A stretch of 63,691 nt of DNA, the filler included, from Folioceros fuciformis (Eukaryota), in assembly GCA_049999805.1 (NCBI GenBank). It is 7 parts of 7 records of this genome, joined end to end, with 100 filler letters (N's around TTAATTAATTAA, not from the genome) between each part and the next. Parts side by side here need not be neighbours in the genome. Positions count along the whole stretch, not along the records: positions 23,604 to 51,002 come from JBNGIO010006255.1; positions 51,103 to 54,113 come from JBNGIO010006259.1; positions 54,214 to 58,468 come from JBNGIO010006262.1; positions 58,569 to 61,619 come from JBNGIO010006275.1; 3 more parts are not named here. One strand, 5' to 3'. The notes under the pieces are model-generated. The model ran no database searches. It saw only the letters and a list, made by a program, of their open reading frames with translations, and was not told the DNA's origin. Both the position numbers and the translations under genes were made by a program. This document shows, one piece after another, positions 49,616 through 61,719 of this stretch (position 1 is the first letter of the stretch; every line of letters begins with the position of its first letter).

Positions 49616-51002
49616 CTATCTTCTGCTTCCGGAGAGTAATTCGACTACAGACGACAATGGATTGGGCAAGTCGTATGCTTTTGAATCTTGCAAAACGATC
49701 CCACCTGCTCCCGTGAAGATTACAAACAACAACAAAACGAGGTTCCAACATCAGTGAAAGGCCATTCACAATTGCTTACTAGTTCAAGTCGGAAGCAAGG
49801 TGGCAAGGGCAAGGAGGCAAATAACTTACTTATCCATAGTCCTATGCCTGCTGTCACGGTCCAGAACACGGGATATCCAACACAGTCGTATCTGCACACA
49901 CACCCGGCACGTTCAACTTGATTCCCTTATCCACAGGGTGTCCATGCAACAAGTACTGTCACAGGGGTCGGAGCCCTCAGATACTGAGCGCTGTCACAGT
50001 TTATGGCACGCGAGGTAAGAGGGATCACTCACGAGTACATGCTGAGCAAGATTCCCCACCCTTGGAATAAGAATCCCCAGGATGCACCGGTGAACCTGGA
50101 TACCAAAGCTGACAGTTAACGGATCGGTTGGCTACTGAGCAAAAACTGCGAAATCACCGATTGCATACACCAGAATGAGTACGGCATGACATATACATAC
50201 CACATGAGATCTCGCGTGAAGAGAGCCCGAGGGAACAGCAGCCCGTTTCCTATCATTGCTAGTAGTACGGTGAAGACTGACAGCCCTTGAATGTTTGTGG
50301 GATTTAGGATGTTCAGCCACTGTGGACACGAAGACAGTAAGTACAGGTCAGAGCAGAGTTGCACCAGCTCCACAAATTTTGCATCAGTATGGATTTCACG
50401 TTAGCGACAAATGTGAGACTCACCATTTGAGAGACCGGCGCCCACATGAACAAGGCAGTGGCGGTCCACGCAGAAATGGATCCCACTGCTGTCGCTAGCT
50501 TCTCGGGCAACCTGTTCAGGCGGTTCTGTAGACAAGACGAAAGTGCAGAGCGGCATGAACATGAGACCAAAGCCTGAAGCTTGCGGAAATCGGGCCATGA
50601 GCTGGCAGTTGGGATTGCTCACCAGGACCACCAAACTGAGAGCCAGTCCACCGAAAACAATTGCGGGCAGCATGGTCGGGGGGAGATACGGCTGGAACGT
50701 GGACCACATCACCTGGACTTCAATGGCGCATTTGTTAGTTTGCAGGCCCAGAAATGTCCATCCACACGGAAGTTCCAACTGGCTTGGCCCGCGTAATCGA
50801 CAAACCAATCCCCTTCTTAAGCCACACGCCTACTTTACAAATTCTTAATTTGGATTCGCAATCAAGCGTCGTCTACTTCGGCAGATTAGTGTACAGACCT
50901 GAGGAAGAACGGTGATCCCACCCACACTGACAGCTTCTTCCCAAAGCCTCCATACGGCAGAAGGAAGCAGAGAGTGATAGTTGAGGAGATTGAGAGAAAG
51001 GC
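49616..51002 (-). CDS. MEX1: Plastid maltose transporter (maltose excess 1), 3' exons; 5' part lost at the gap
   Basis: VMWSTFQPYLPPTMLP, SISAWTATALFMWAPVSQM, WLNILNPTNIQGLS...MIGNGLLFPRALFTRDLMW | FTGASW, and DSKAYDLPNPLSS...*. Confidence 0.93.
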
Positions 51003-51689
51003 NNNNNNNNNNNNNNNNNNNNNNNNNNNNNNNNNNNNNNNNNNNNTTAATTAATTAANNNNNNNNNNNNNNNNNNNNNNNNNNNNNNNNNNNNNNNNNN
51101 NNTGCTCTGTATTATATGTCGCCACACCACCTTATGGGAAGGGGAGAGCAGCTCCTTAGACTTACTCCATAAGTAGTTGGAAATAATCTGTTGCAACCTC
51201 CTCCCGATCTAGCTTACACCCTACTCTCCTCTCCAAGCTTGCAAGTATGAGGCTGCACCTCTACTTGAGTTAGGGACTTTGTAGATATGAGGACCTTGGT
51301 CATTGCCCAAAGGGCATGCAACACATAGCTACATTTGATACTTTTTGTTAACTCATTTTGCAAAGAGAGAGGTCTGTTCATAGCAGTGTTTATGATTCCT
51401 ACCTTTCCTACAAATGCCACTCCATATCTTGCAAGCCCCTTACAGTTTGGTGAATGCTGGGGGTACTCTCGTTGAAGCTCGAACACCGAGATGATTTGCC
51501 ATCGCCACTTGAATAATGCAAACTTTCTTTTCAAGGATGATATCACCATCCATGCCCTTGAGATTCATAAGTCCAACTAGAGCTAAGATCAAAATTTGCT
51601 GACTGCAATCCCTTGTACATATGCCTTGGAATGATTTCCATGGCTTTGCAAGCATATCATGTTAACATTTCATTACATTATCATTATAG

Positions 51690-54113
51690 TGGCAGCTTCA
51701 AAGAGAAAGATAGATTCATTTACAATGGAAAAGGCTATGGCATATGGGCATTGAGAATGCGAGGATTCTTATGGCAAAGAGAACTTTGGGGCATTGTCAA
51801 TGGATCAATTCCAAGACCAAATACCTTATTGAACGTGATCTTCAATGCTCCTAGGACGCCAGGGATGAGAAGGCATAAGATTTATTGGTTAATGGACTTC
51901 CACAACATCTAGTGAGACATGTGAGCGATATACTCACGATACAAACTCTGGCGTCCATAGCCTCCAAAAACCATGTAGGGGGATACCTAAGACATCATCC
52001 ATGTTCAAGGGAAGGGTCGGCTTCAACAGAGACTTGACTTCCAAGTAGCTGCTCCAAATGGACCTAAATAGTGGGGAGCGCTTCTTTGTGTCTAACAGCG
52101 GTTTGTCTAATAGGATATTGTTGAATGATCTTCTTCCTTGTGGAACCACTTGTGTGCGATCCAGGAGCTACCTAAGAAGGCTTTTCCATGGATACCGAGT
52201 GGGGTTCCCTGCTTTAACCACCCATTGCGCATGTAAGGCCTTCATCTTGCTCAAGGGGTCGACTAGCTCCATGCCGCCTAGCCATCGGTGTTGGATAACA
52301 TAATTCCACACCACTTTGTGAGGTGAAGTTACCAACCTTGTTGACCTACCCCATAGGAAACTAGCTATCACATGTTGCACCTTCTTAATCTCCATCCTGG
52401 TAGGTGCTCATAAGAAAAGGTAGTACTACAGGGAGGCCAACAAAATATGGTTCGTCACGACCAGCCTACCAGCTAGGTTGAGGTCTAGGAGCTTTAGACT
52501 TGTAGCTTTCCGGATAAACCTAAGGCACACAAACTTGCTCATTTCTTCATTTTCCTCTGTTTCTTGGAATGGCAGGCCTAGATACTCATGGGATGATCTT
52601 GCCGTGACCCTACTAATATGCTTGATGCATTCGGGGACTTCCCTCTCCATATTAGTACACATCATTTGGGTCTTACTCCAATTCACCTTGCAGCCAGAGA
52701 GATGCCCAAAGACTTGTACCTGATGGAAAAGAGCTTATAGGGAAGCCTTCGCCACAGAAGAGAAGAGGAGAGTGTCATCCGCAAATGCTGATATCCGCAG
52801 CTAGGACCCATCTAAGAGGAGCAGGCCTTCTATCTCTGGGTCTTGTTTCACAGCCCTTAACAGAAAGTCAGTAACAATGACGAATACGAAGAGTGCCAAT
52901 ATCTAGTCATCCAAGAAGGGCTTGATCCTTTTGGAGAGTACCTTTGCCAATACTTTGTACATTGTAGTGAGCTAAGTGATAGGGCGCCAGTTGGAGATCG
53001 ATTGGCTCGCTTCCTACTAAGGTATTAGGGATCCATGACTCCTAGATTGAACCACTTGCCCATGGTACATTCTTCCCACATTAGATGCATTGCCTCCATG
53101 AATAGTGGTGCCAAAATTCCCAACCCCAGAGAAGGAATTCCGTGGGGATGCCATCATGCCTTGGCGACTTATTCCTTGGCAAGGACTTCAAGGCTTGGGC
53201 AACCTCCTCTGCAAAGATAGGTTTATCAAGCATCATGCATTGTGCCTCAGAGACCTTGGCTGAAAGACGGCCATAAGTTGAGGTCCAAAGCTGCTCGCAC
53301 CATGATGGTTTGTCTAAACTGGAGAAGATTCCACCATAGAAGCATGTGATTAACTTCATCAATGCTGATAGCGACTCCTGGACGACACCATTAGAGTCTG
53401 AGAGAGCGAGAATTCTTGCCATCCGGGAGAGTGAAGATGAATGCATTTCGATTAGCTAGATCTCAATTGGAATCTACAAATAGCTTATGTGACTCTCTTA
53501 TCTTCATTGCCACTATCCTATAGGCCTTTCATCACAACTCAAAATGCAGTAATTCGCAATGCAAGAAAAGCTGTTGATTAAGATCTTCATGAAGAGCCAA
53601 GATATTAATGTTTTCGAACTTATTATTGGAGCATTGCTATAGGAGGAGGCAAGTAGATGTCAGTACCACTCCAAAGCCAATAAACAGCAGGTGATGTATA
53701 CTCAAAGGGGTAGAGGACAAGGCTGAGGCTGAGGTTCTACTTCTCAACGACCCCAATATCCCCCATAATCTTCCCGTAATGGAGAAGCATCTTCTTCAAC
53801 ACTTGCAAGGGGTAACAAGAAGAGTGGGATTACATATAATTGGTGAAGAATCTCGAATCACATGGAGAAGGCTTGTCGAAAGAAGAAGAATGGGGAACCT
53901 CGAAAAGAGGCCCCACCTGCAGCTACTATTGCAACAAAGAAACAAACTCCCTCAACTCCAACAATGCTCACNNNNNNNNNNACTATTGCAACAAAGAAAC
54001 AAACTCCCTCAACTCCAACAATGCTCACCGTGTGCTTGGCATCTTCCAAGCCCTCTAATACTTCATGGTATCTAGATAGTGGAGCTACTTTACATATTTG
54101 CTACAACAGAGAC
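51690..54113 (+). mobile_element. Ty1/copia gag-protease remnant interrupted by an L1 insertion
   Basis: YNGKGYGIWALRMRGFLWQRELWGIVNG, then after the LINE a degenerate knuckle (..WRRL / KACRKKKNGE) and WYLDSGATLHIC. Confidence 0.8.
51934..53450 (-). mobile_element. L1-clade LINE ORF2 (reverse transcriptase) remnant
   Basis: EEVAQALKSLPRNKSPRHDGIPTEF, NWRPIT, YKVLAKVL, AFADDTLL, GCKVNWSKT, EYLGLP and IASFLW, with many stops. Confidence 0.9.
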
Positions 54114-54879
54114 NNNNNNNNNNNNNNNNNNNNNNNNNNNNNNNNNNNNNNNNNNNNTTAATTAATTAANNNNNNNNNNNNNNNNNNNNNNNNNNNNNNN
54201 NNNNNNNNNNNNNAGTTTAAACCGTGTTTGAACATGGATCATTGCGTATGGAAACATACTATGTCCCATATTCCGTATTTGGAAATGAATTGTAAAAAAA
54301 TGTATTATTCTAATATGAGTTGGATTTAAATAAATAAATGAAAATGGACCGTCATACATTGCAATATCGAGTTTTCAGTAATATGGGTGGATGCAAATAA
54401 ATAAATGGAAATGGACCGTAATACAATTTGACATTGTAATATTGGTTAAATGCAAATAAATAATTGGGGGTGTACCATGGCACATGGTACAGAATCATGG
54501 ATGCATAATATAGAATTACAGATGTACCATGACCCATGCTACTGAATCATGGATGCAATGGAACCATTAAGGATGTGGCATGACACGTGGTAGGGATGCG
54601 AATGAATGAGGATGTACCATGATACATGGTAATATGGGTACTTATAAAATGTAAATGGGTTTTCATTATGTAACATTGAAATTAGGATAGCTACCTAAGC
54701 TGCCTAAGTTTATTTAATTCGAATCAAATTATTCAAGGTAGGACAATAATCTTTTAAAAAGTCCAATTAAAAAGGAATTACATTCTTTCAAAGCTAATTT
54801 GTTTATGCACATTAAACTTAATTTCAAAACCTTAATTTAAAAAATGGCATTGTATATGGCTACTTGAAATTTCAGAAGC

Positions 54880-55160
54880 CCACCTAAAGACAATGGTCTT
54901 TAAAAAATTTAAGCCATTATACAAGCTCCATTCATACTCATTATCTAGTCCAATTCCTTAAATAGACTAGTGTAGACTTATATGGCAACTCTTGGTTGCA
55001 TGTAAGCTTTAAAGTTCCCATCAAAATAATTAACAATCTTTCAAAAAACCCTTCACTACTATCAACAACAAATTTAAAAGCTAAGATGTTGGATATGATC
55101 ACACCGAAATGGTTTTTATCAGGGTTGTTTACATAGACAAACAAGGGTACTGTAAACAAT
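54880..55160 (-). pseudogene. Possible Ulp1/C48 cysteine-protease remnant (DNA-transposon-associated)
   Basis: PLFVYVNNPDKNHFGVII...KFVVDS, then in a shifted frame DNEYEWSLY. The spacing resembles the Ulp1 H..D..QxNxxDCG motifs. Confidence 0.3.
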
Positions 55161-57342
55161 CAATCTAAATGTTGTAAACGATTCAGCTGGAGAATTATAC
55201 AAAGTAAAAAAACTACTCATTGAAATCAAATTTGATATTTTATCATCAATTACCACATCCGCTATGATATGGCAAAGAGCCTAATGACATGGAAGAAATC
55301 AACTAAACTTTGATAAATAAAAGCATCAACATTTTTGCAAGGAGATAATAAGTTTTGTGTGGCATATTGCTATAAATTGTATATTTTTGTTGCATATAAT
55401 AAAGTATGTAAGTTTTTAAACACCTTCAAGTTGTCGCTTTTTTTTCCCCTCCTTCCCAATGCACACAATTGGCACCTATGCTATTGATACCTGAACCCCG
55501 TGGTGTTTGCATGCACACATAGACCTTTTGTGCATGCACTTGCACCATTCAAATGAATGTTCCAAAGGGCATTCTACCCCAGAAATGCTCTCCTTGAGCT
55601 TCCGTAGCAGCATGTGTGGGCAAGGTAATTTTTCGCTTTATTTTAACTTAGGTCAACACTAAACTGACCCTTATCAAACGGACACGAACCTCTACTACAC
55701 AAATTAGTAGATGGATATGGACCTCTACTAGACGGACAAACATGTCTATTTAGACAAACAACCAAATAACCTTGATTTAAACTTCTATAATCCTAAAGAA
55801 TCTTAGGTGAAAAGTGAAATTGGAATCTAAATTGACAAAATATTCTATAATAAATTGCTAGTAGATATTCTTTCAATTTTTGAAAATGAATAACAATGTT
55901 GGTAGAATGTTCAAATAACGCATTCTCCCATTTGATGTCCTGCAATGGCCATGCTATCCACGCTTATCACATAGGATTCCAATCAAATCTCTCAATTCCA
56001 AATATTTGCTTGGGCTAAAATTCAATGTGTTTTTTTCATGTAAATCCAACTAAAAGGTATCAAAGAAATTTCTGTCTAACTTGAATTTATTAAATTTGCT
56101 ACGAAATGAAATGAAATTCGACGGATAAATAAACTATTTTCAATATAAATATTAAAGCTGCTATATATAACATTAAATTTAGATATTGGATCACCATTAG
56201 AGCAACAATACTCACAATTATGACTTTAAGGCAACTGGATATACTTGTTTTTGGTACGATGCATTTTTTATTATCAAATCACATCTATGATAGAAAAAGA
56301 TGTTCCAATATAATTTTAAAATGTATCATTTGGATACAAACAAAAATTCCATGCATATTTAAAAACATTGATTTGAAGCCTTAGCCTTTTACTTTGGATA
56401 ACAAATAGGCTTGTTAAATAATTTTATGTACTTAGCATTATACACATTTATTCTACTAAAATCTACTAATTATACAAAAATCAAAGCAATTGAATTGGTT
56501 GAAATTATTGTTATATGTTCATCATTTTTTTGATAATATATCAAAATTCTTCTTTATTATGCACAAAATTTATCACTTAGATTTTATAACTTCTGGTCTT
56601 GACCAAGTCAAAGAATAGAAATATCATGGATGGCCTTTGAGTCTTTAAGTCTTTTTATAACAAAAAAAAGCTTTAAAAAAATTTGATTTAAAGAAATAAG
56701 AAATAAAAAGTTCAACATAGATAATGAAGGTAATGGTAATGAAGACTTTTAATTTTCTATAGCTAACAGACTTTTACTTTAATAATTATAATACTTTTGA
56801 TGTAATTCAAACAAGGATGGAATGTATTCTTAATTTGTTAGAAACATTTATAAATTGTACATAACAGCAACAATGTCCTTTTTCCATTTTGTTTCCTACT
56901 ACAGTTGATTGAATGCATGTAAACACATAGATGGTCACATGCTATTATGTATGGTTTAAGTGGAAAGAAATACAGAGACTAAACCTTCCCATGAGAAATT
57001 GAAGTATTTAATGAAATGGGAATCCATGCACAGTGGTATACAATATGAACACGAAACCTTCCAAGTAATGTGTTTCAGAATTAGAAAAGAAGCCTGTGTG
57101 TAAATCCATAAAACCATGTACATTGTAGGCAAGGTCTGTGTAATTATACCAGCCATTTACAAAATACATTCACCCATAGATGAATGGAACTTCTGTATCT
57201 CAGATTCTCAAAAGTATGTACTAAACTTGGTTGATTTACATGTTGTCCTACTGTACATGCTACATACAACGCATCTAAAATGTGCAAGTTCCTAATGCCT
57301 TATATCTACAATACTTTGTAGTATGTACCAAAATCAAAGTAG

Positions 57343-58194
57343 TCAAAGTGCCTGTTTTCCCTTCCTAAGAGTGCCCTGCAGTGCATTAAGTCTATCCACA
57401 GCCTCATTGAGGTTTCTCTGTGAGGCTTCAAGCAACTCAGCGATCTTTGCTATCTCTGCACTCTGATACGATGTGGACCGCTCTTGCTCCAACTCCTGAA
57501 CTCGCCTGCGGAGTGCATCATTCTCGTTGTAACTGTCATCGAGAACGCGTTGCAGCTCGGGAAGGTCCTCGGTCACGCGAATGCGGCTTGGACATGCGGA
57601 TGTTGTTGGAGCCGTTGGTTCGCAATGTGTTGGGGCCCTCGCTTCTTCATCGAGCAGGGCGTTGAGGACGTCGGTAGCATCAACGATGGGATCATGATCA
57701 GGAGGTAATCCACAGCCCATGTCTTCAAAATCGTGGGACCGTTGTAAAGCTGGAATGCGTGAAGGAATATCCGTTGTCTTCTTCAAGGCTCGCTTGTTCC
57801 TTGCAGTCGCAGTTGACCAATCCACGCGCTTCTTCAATATCACTTCGGCATACACCATGGCCGTGTTGGAGTATGTCATCATCGGCGTGCGTGCGAGGTC
57901 CTCCCATTTCTTGTCATGGAGAGCATCGTAGACCTCGATGTATCTTTCTGCGATGATGTCATCCCTACACTTTTCTAGGGGGAATTCCCACCTATCATTC
58001 CATGTGAGCTTCGTCTCAACATTCGGCCACATCCGAAGCAGGTGGGACATGGTGACGTACTTCTTACATGTGGTCATGGACCACAGTATGTCATCCTGGG
58101 GTCGGAGGTTATCCCACCCCGGGAGAGCTAGGGACATGCGATCGTTGTAGATCGCCATGTCAATGGGTTGGGGGGTACCGTGGGGTTTGGTCAT
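57343..58194 (-). CDS. Hypothetical protein with a C-terminal coiled coil, likely transposon-associated
   Basis: Intact ~283-aa ORF from ATG 58194. It is GC-rich within an AT-rich contig and is preceded by an AT-rich GT-AG intron (58208-58352). Confidence 0.65.
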   Translation of the reverse strand: MTKPHGTPQPIDMAIYNDRMSLALPGWDNLRPQDDILWSMTTCKKYVTMSHLLRMWPNVETKLTWNDRWEFPLEKCRDDIIAERYIEVYDALHDKKWEDLARTPMMTYSNTAMVYAEVILKKRVDWSTATARNKRALKKTTDIPSRIPALQRSHDFEDMGCGLPPDHDPIVDATDVLNALLDEEARAPTHCEPTAPTTSACPSRIRVTEDLPELQRVLDDSYNENDALRRRVQELEQERSTSYQSAEIAKIAELLEASQRNLNEAVDRLNALQGTLRKGKQAL

Positions 58195-58568
58195 TTTGAT
58201 GCTAAACCTGCAATACAAGAGGGATCATGAAAACTACTAGTTAGTATTTAAAATATTAAAATAAAGAAAAGGATGACATTGCTTTTAGAATGTGATAATT
58301 TATATTTAAAATTAAATTTTAAGTTTAAAGCAAATGATTAAGAAATTCGTACCGCAAAAATTGTAGAGATGAAGTAGCCCTCGGCCCCAAAATATAAAGA
58401 CTCCCCCCCTCACAGAGTCAGGCGCGAGGCTTCCTTAAAAGCAAACCTCAAGCGACCTAACTCAGAGGNNNNNNNNNNNNNNNNNNNNNNNNNNNNNNNN
58501 NNNNNNNNNNNNTTAATTAATTAANNNNNNNNNNNNNNNNNNNNNNNNNNNNNNNNNNNNNNNNNNNN

Positions 58569-61500
58569 GGAGCAGAGCAGACTTCAATCCACACATCCTG
58601 GTGGAAAAATTAAGACTGATAAAGTTCTTTACACGAAAGGACAGAAACACATGGGTGGACAGAAGGGTAAATCTACCTCTGGCTCCGGCTCAGTTGTCCC
58701 CTCTTCCACCAAACGCACTGGCTCCTGCAATTGGTGCGGGATTCAGGGGCATTGGGAGCGTGACTGTAGAAAAAAGAAGGCTGGCGAAGCTCGTAAGGTC
58801 GAGAAGCCCAAGCAAGCTGAGGCCCACTCAGTCGCCAAGGCACCTTCGACTTCTCACAAACCTCCTGTTGTGATGACGGTTTGCTTTTCACCTTCCTTAG
58901 TCCCTTCCTCTCCCCACAGTTGGTACCTAGACTCGGGTGCCACTTCGCACATCTGCAATGATAGACGTCTTCTCAGTCATTACAGACCTTCTCAAACATC
59001 CGATAAGGTCCTGTTAGGGGATGAGCTTACACGTACAGGTCTTCTTATTGCTGGATCATGCACATGCCGTTTTCGCTTGCATGATGGCTCTATCCTCCAT
59101 TTAGATGATGTCCTGCACGTTCCACTTATGGCAAAGCACCTCCTTTCCGTAAGTCAGTTGATGTCTTTGCGTCAGTACGACCTCCTCTTCACTTCTAACA
59201 GTTGCGAACTACAGAAGCGACGGGGGGATAATAAAGTCGTAGCAAAGGGACATCTTGTTCACGATTTATATCAGCTAGATCTCACCTGTATACCTCCAGA
59301 GTCGGTGCATGCTGTCCAGTCATCACAGTCTGCCCAAGCTAGTTTGTGGCATGCTCGATTGGGACATGCTAATAGAGACAAGCTGATTAAAATGTCTAAC
59401 CTAAGTAGCTATATAGAGCCCCTACCCAAATGTTTCAAAGACTTACCACTTTGCGATGCGTGTGTTATAGCCAAACAGAAAGAAGTTCCCTTTCCAAAAT
59501 CAGTTGCTCATCGTGCATCACAGATACTTGAATTAGTGCATGCAGACATTTCAGGCAAGATCCATGTTCCCTCCCTTGGCGGAGCGTTATATTACCTTAC
59601 CCTCACTGATGATTATAGCCGATATTCCTGGACTTACCCTCTTCGCTTGAAGTCTGATACCTTCGAGATCTTCAAGGAATGGTTTGTCATGGTACAAAGG
59701 CAGACTGGATGCTTGCTTCAACAGTTACGAACTGACAATGGAACGGAGTTCACACACGCTCACTTCAACCATTTTTTGCTTGAGAATGGTGTTGTGCGCC
59801 AACTTATTGTGCCCTATACCCAACAGCAGAATGGCGTTGCTAAACGCCGAAATCAGACACTGTTGGGCATGACTAGGAGCATGTTAGAGTGGTCTGGGCT
59901 GAGCAAAACTTTTTGGGCGGAGGCAGTAGTCACAGCGACTTACATCCTTAACAGGCTCCTGACAAGTGCTGTGGATAGCAAGACTCCATTCGAAGTTGTT
60001 TGGCGCAGGAAGCCCAGCTTGCTGCACTTACGGGTCTTTGGCTCTCCAGCATACGCATATATTCCTGCAGAAAGGAGAAAGAAGTTAGAAGACCGAGCTC
60101 GTCCACTCATCTTTGTTGGATATGGCGAGGAGGCGAAAGCTTACAAATTATTGGATCCACTTACACACACGGCAGTGTTTGCAAGGAGTGTGACCTTCAA
60201 GGAGCTTGTGTGCCCTGCCAAGCCGTATTTTGCGCATCTGCCCGATAACCAAGAGACTGTTACTCATGTTGATCTCACAGATATGGATGACTCCACAGAT
60301 TACCCACAGGATGACATACCTGATGTTAGCCTTGCTCAGGTGCCAGGGGTTGTTCAGAACCCTGTAGCAGGAGCTGCACCCCAGCAAGCAGGTAACTCTG
60401 TTCCAGCATCACCTGCCCCTGCTCCTGCTATGCAAACAGATCTACCTGCTCATGTCAATCCTGGTTCACTGCCTCCCGACATGGAAGAGGTTACAAATGG
60501 GTTTCAGGATCATCCTACAGCCTTGGAAGAGGCTGGGTCTGATTTAGAGGAGGACCATCTTTCTGTTCACTCTGTTGACTCAATGTTAGATGTTCCTCCC
60601 TTGTACCATGCTCCTGATGCTGAGATTGAAGAGGGTCTACCTGTAGACCCACCTGTAGAACGCCGTTATCCTCAGCGTCTAAGGAATCCACCTGCTCAGT
60701 GGGTTGAACCTCCCTATTCTTCCATTGATTTTAGACGTCCTCGTGCTGGGGTTACCTTTCCATCTTCTAAGTCCTCAGTGACTAGTCCTCCCTATGTCAA
60801 GCCCGAACCCACGACATACCAGGAGGCTATCACTGGAGCTGACAAGGAGCATTGGTTCCCCTCCATCAAGGATGAGTATGAGTCGCTGCTCAAGAATGAT
60901 ACCTGGGAGTTGTGTCCTCTGCCTCAGGGTCGGAAGGTAGTTAGTTGCAAATGGGTTTTCAAACATAAACTAAATGCTCAGGGTGCAATCGCCAGATACA
61001 AATCTCGACTGGTGGCCACGGGCTTTACCCAAGTTCCTGGCATAGACTTCACAGACACTTTTAGCCCTGTTGTGAAAACTCAATCTATCCGCATGATCCT
61101 TGCCCTGGCTGCTGCCAATGCATGGGACCTTCAGTAGATGGACGTATGTACAACTTTTCTCTATGGGGAATTGGAAGAGGATATTTACATGTCGCAGCCC
61201 GAAGGTTTTGTTGACCCCGAGCATCCAGATTGGGTGTGCCATCTCAAGAAAACTATATACGGTTTGAAGCAGTCAGCCCGTGAATGGTATAAGACAATTG
61301 ACAAGTACCTTAAGTCCATTGGCTTCATCCAGAATCCTGGCGATGCCAATGTTTATCTCTACTTCAAGGATGGTAAGCTGGTTGTTCTTGCTCTTTACGT
61401 TGACGACGCCATTCTGGCATCCAACGATGCGGGTTTACTCTCCTGGGTCAAAGACATGCTGCACCAAAAATTCGATATGAAGGACATCGGGGCACTTACT

Positions 61501-61619
61501 TTTGTTCTCGGAGTGCAACTTGTGCGTGACCTAGATGCTGGCACTCTTATGTTGCACCAGGCTAAGTACATTGCTGAGACCTTGCATCGGTTCCACCTTG
61601 ATACTGCCAAGCCTGCCCC
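58569..61619 (+). mobile_element. Ty1/copia gag-pol (knuckle, protease, integrase, RT), nearly intact, one in-frame stop at 61135-61137
   Basis: CNWCGIQGHWERDC, WYLDSGATSHIC, LWHARLGH, LVHADI, LRTDNGTEF, SCKWVFK, YKSRLVA, IYGLKQSAREW and LYVDD. Confidence 0.97.
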
Positions 61620-61719
61620 NNNNNNNNNNNNNNNNNNNNNNNNNNNNNNNNNNNNNNNNNNNNTTAATTAATTAANNNNNNNNNNNNNNNNNNNNNNNNN
61701 NNNNNNNNNNNNNNNNNNN

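Noticed and set aside
53924-54030. Perfect ~47-bp direct repeat flanking an N10 gap
   Set aside because: Typical unmerged contig overlap; an assembly artefact.
61135-61137. Idea that the DYW:KP protein repairs TE stop codons by U-to-C editing
   Set aside because: PPR editing is organellar, the TE is on a different contig, and methyl-C deamination explains the stops.
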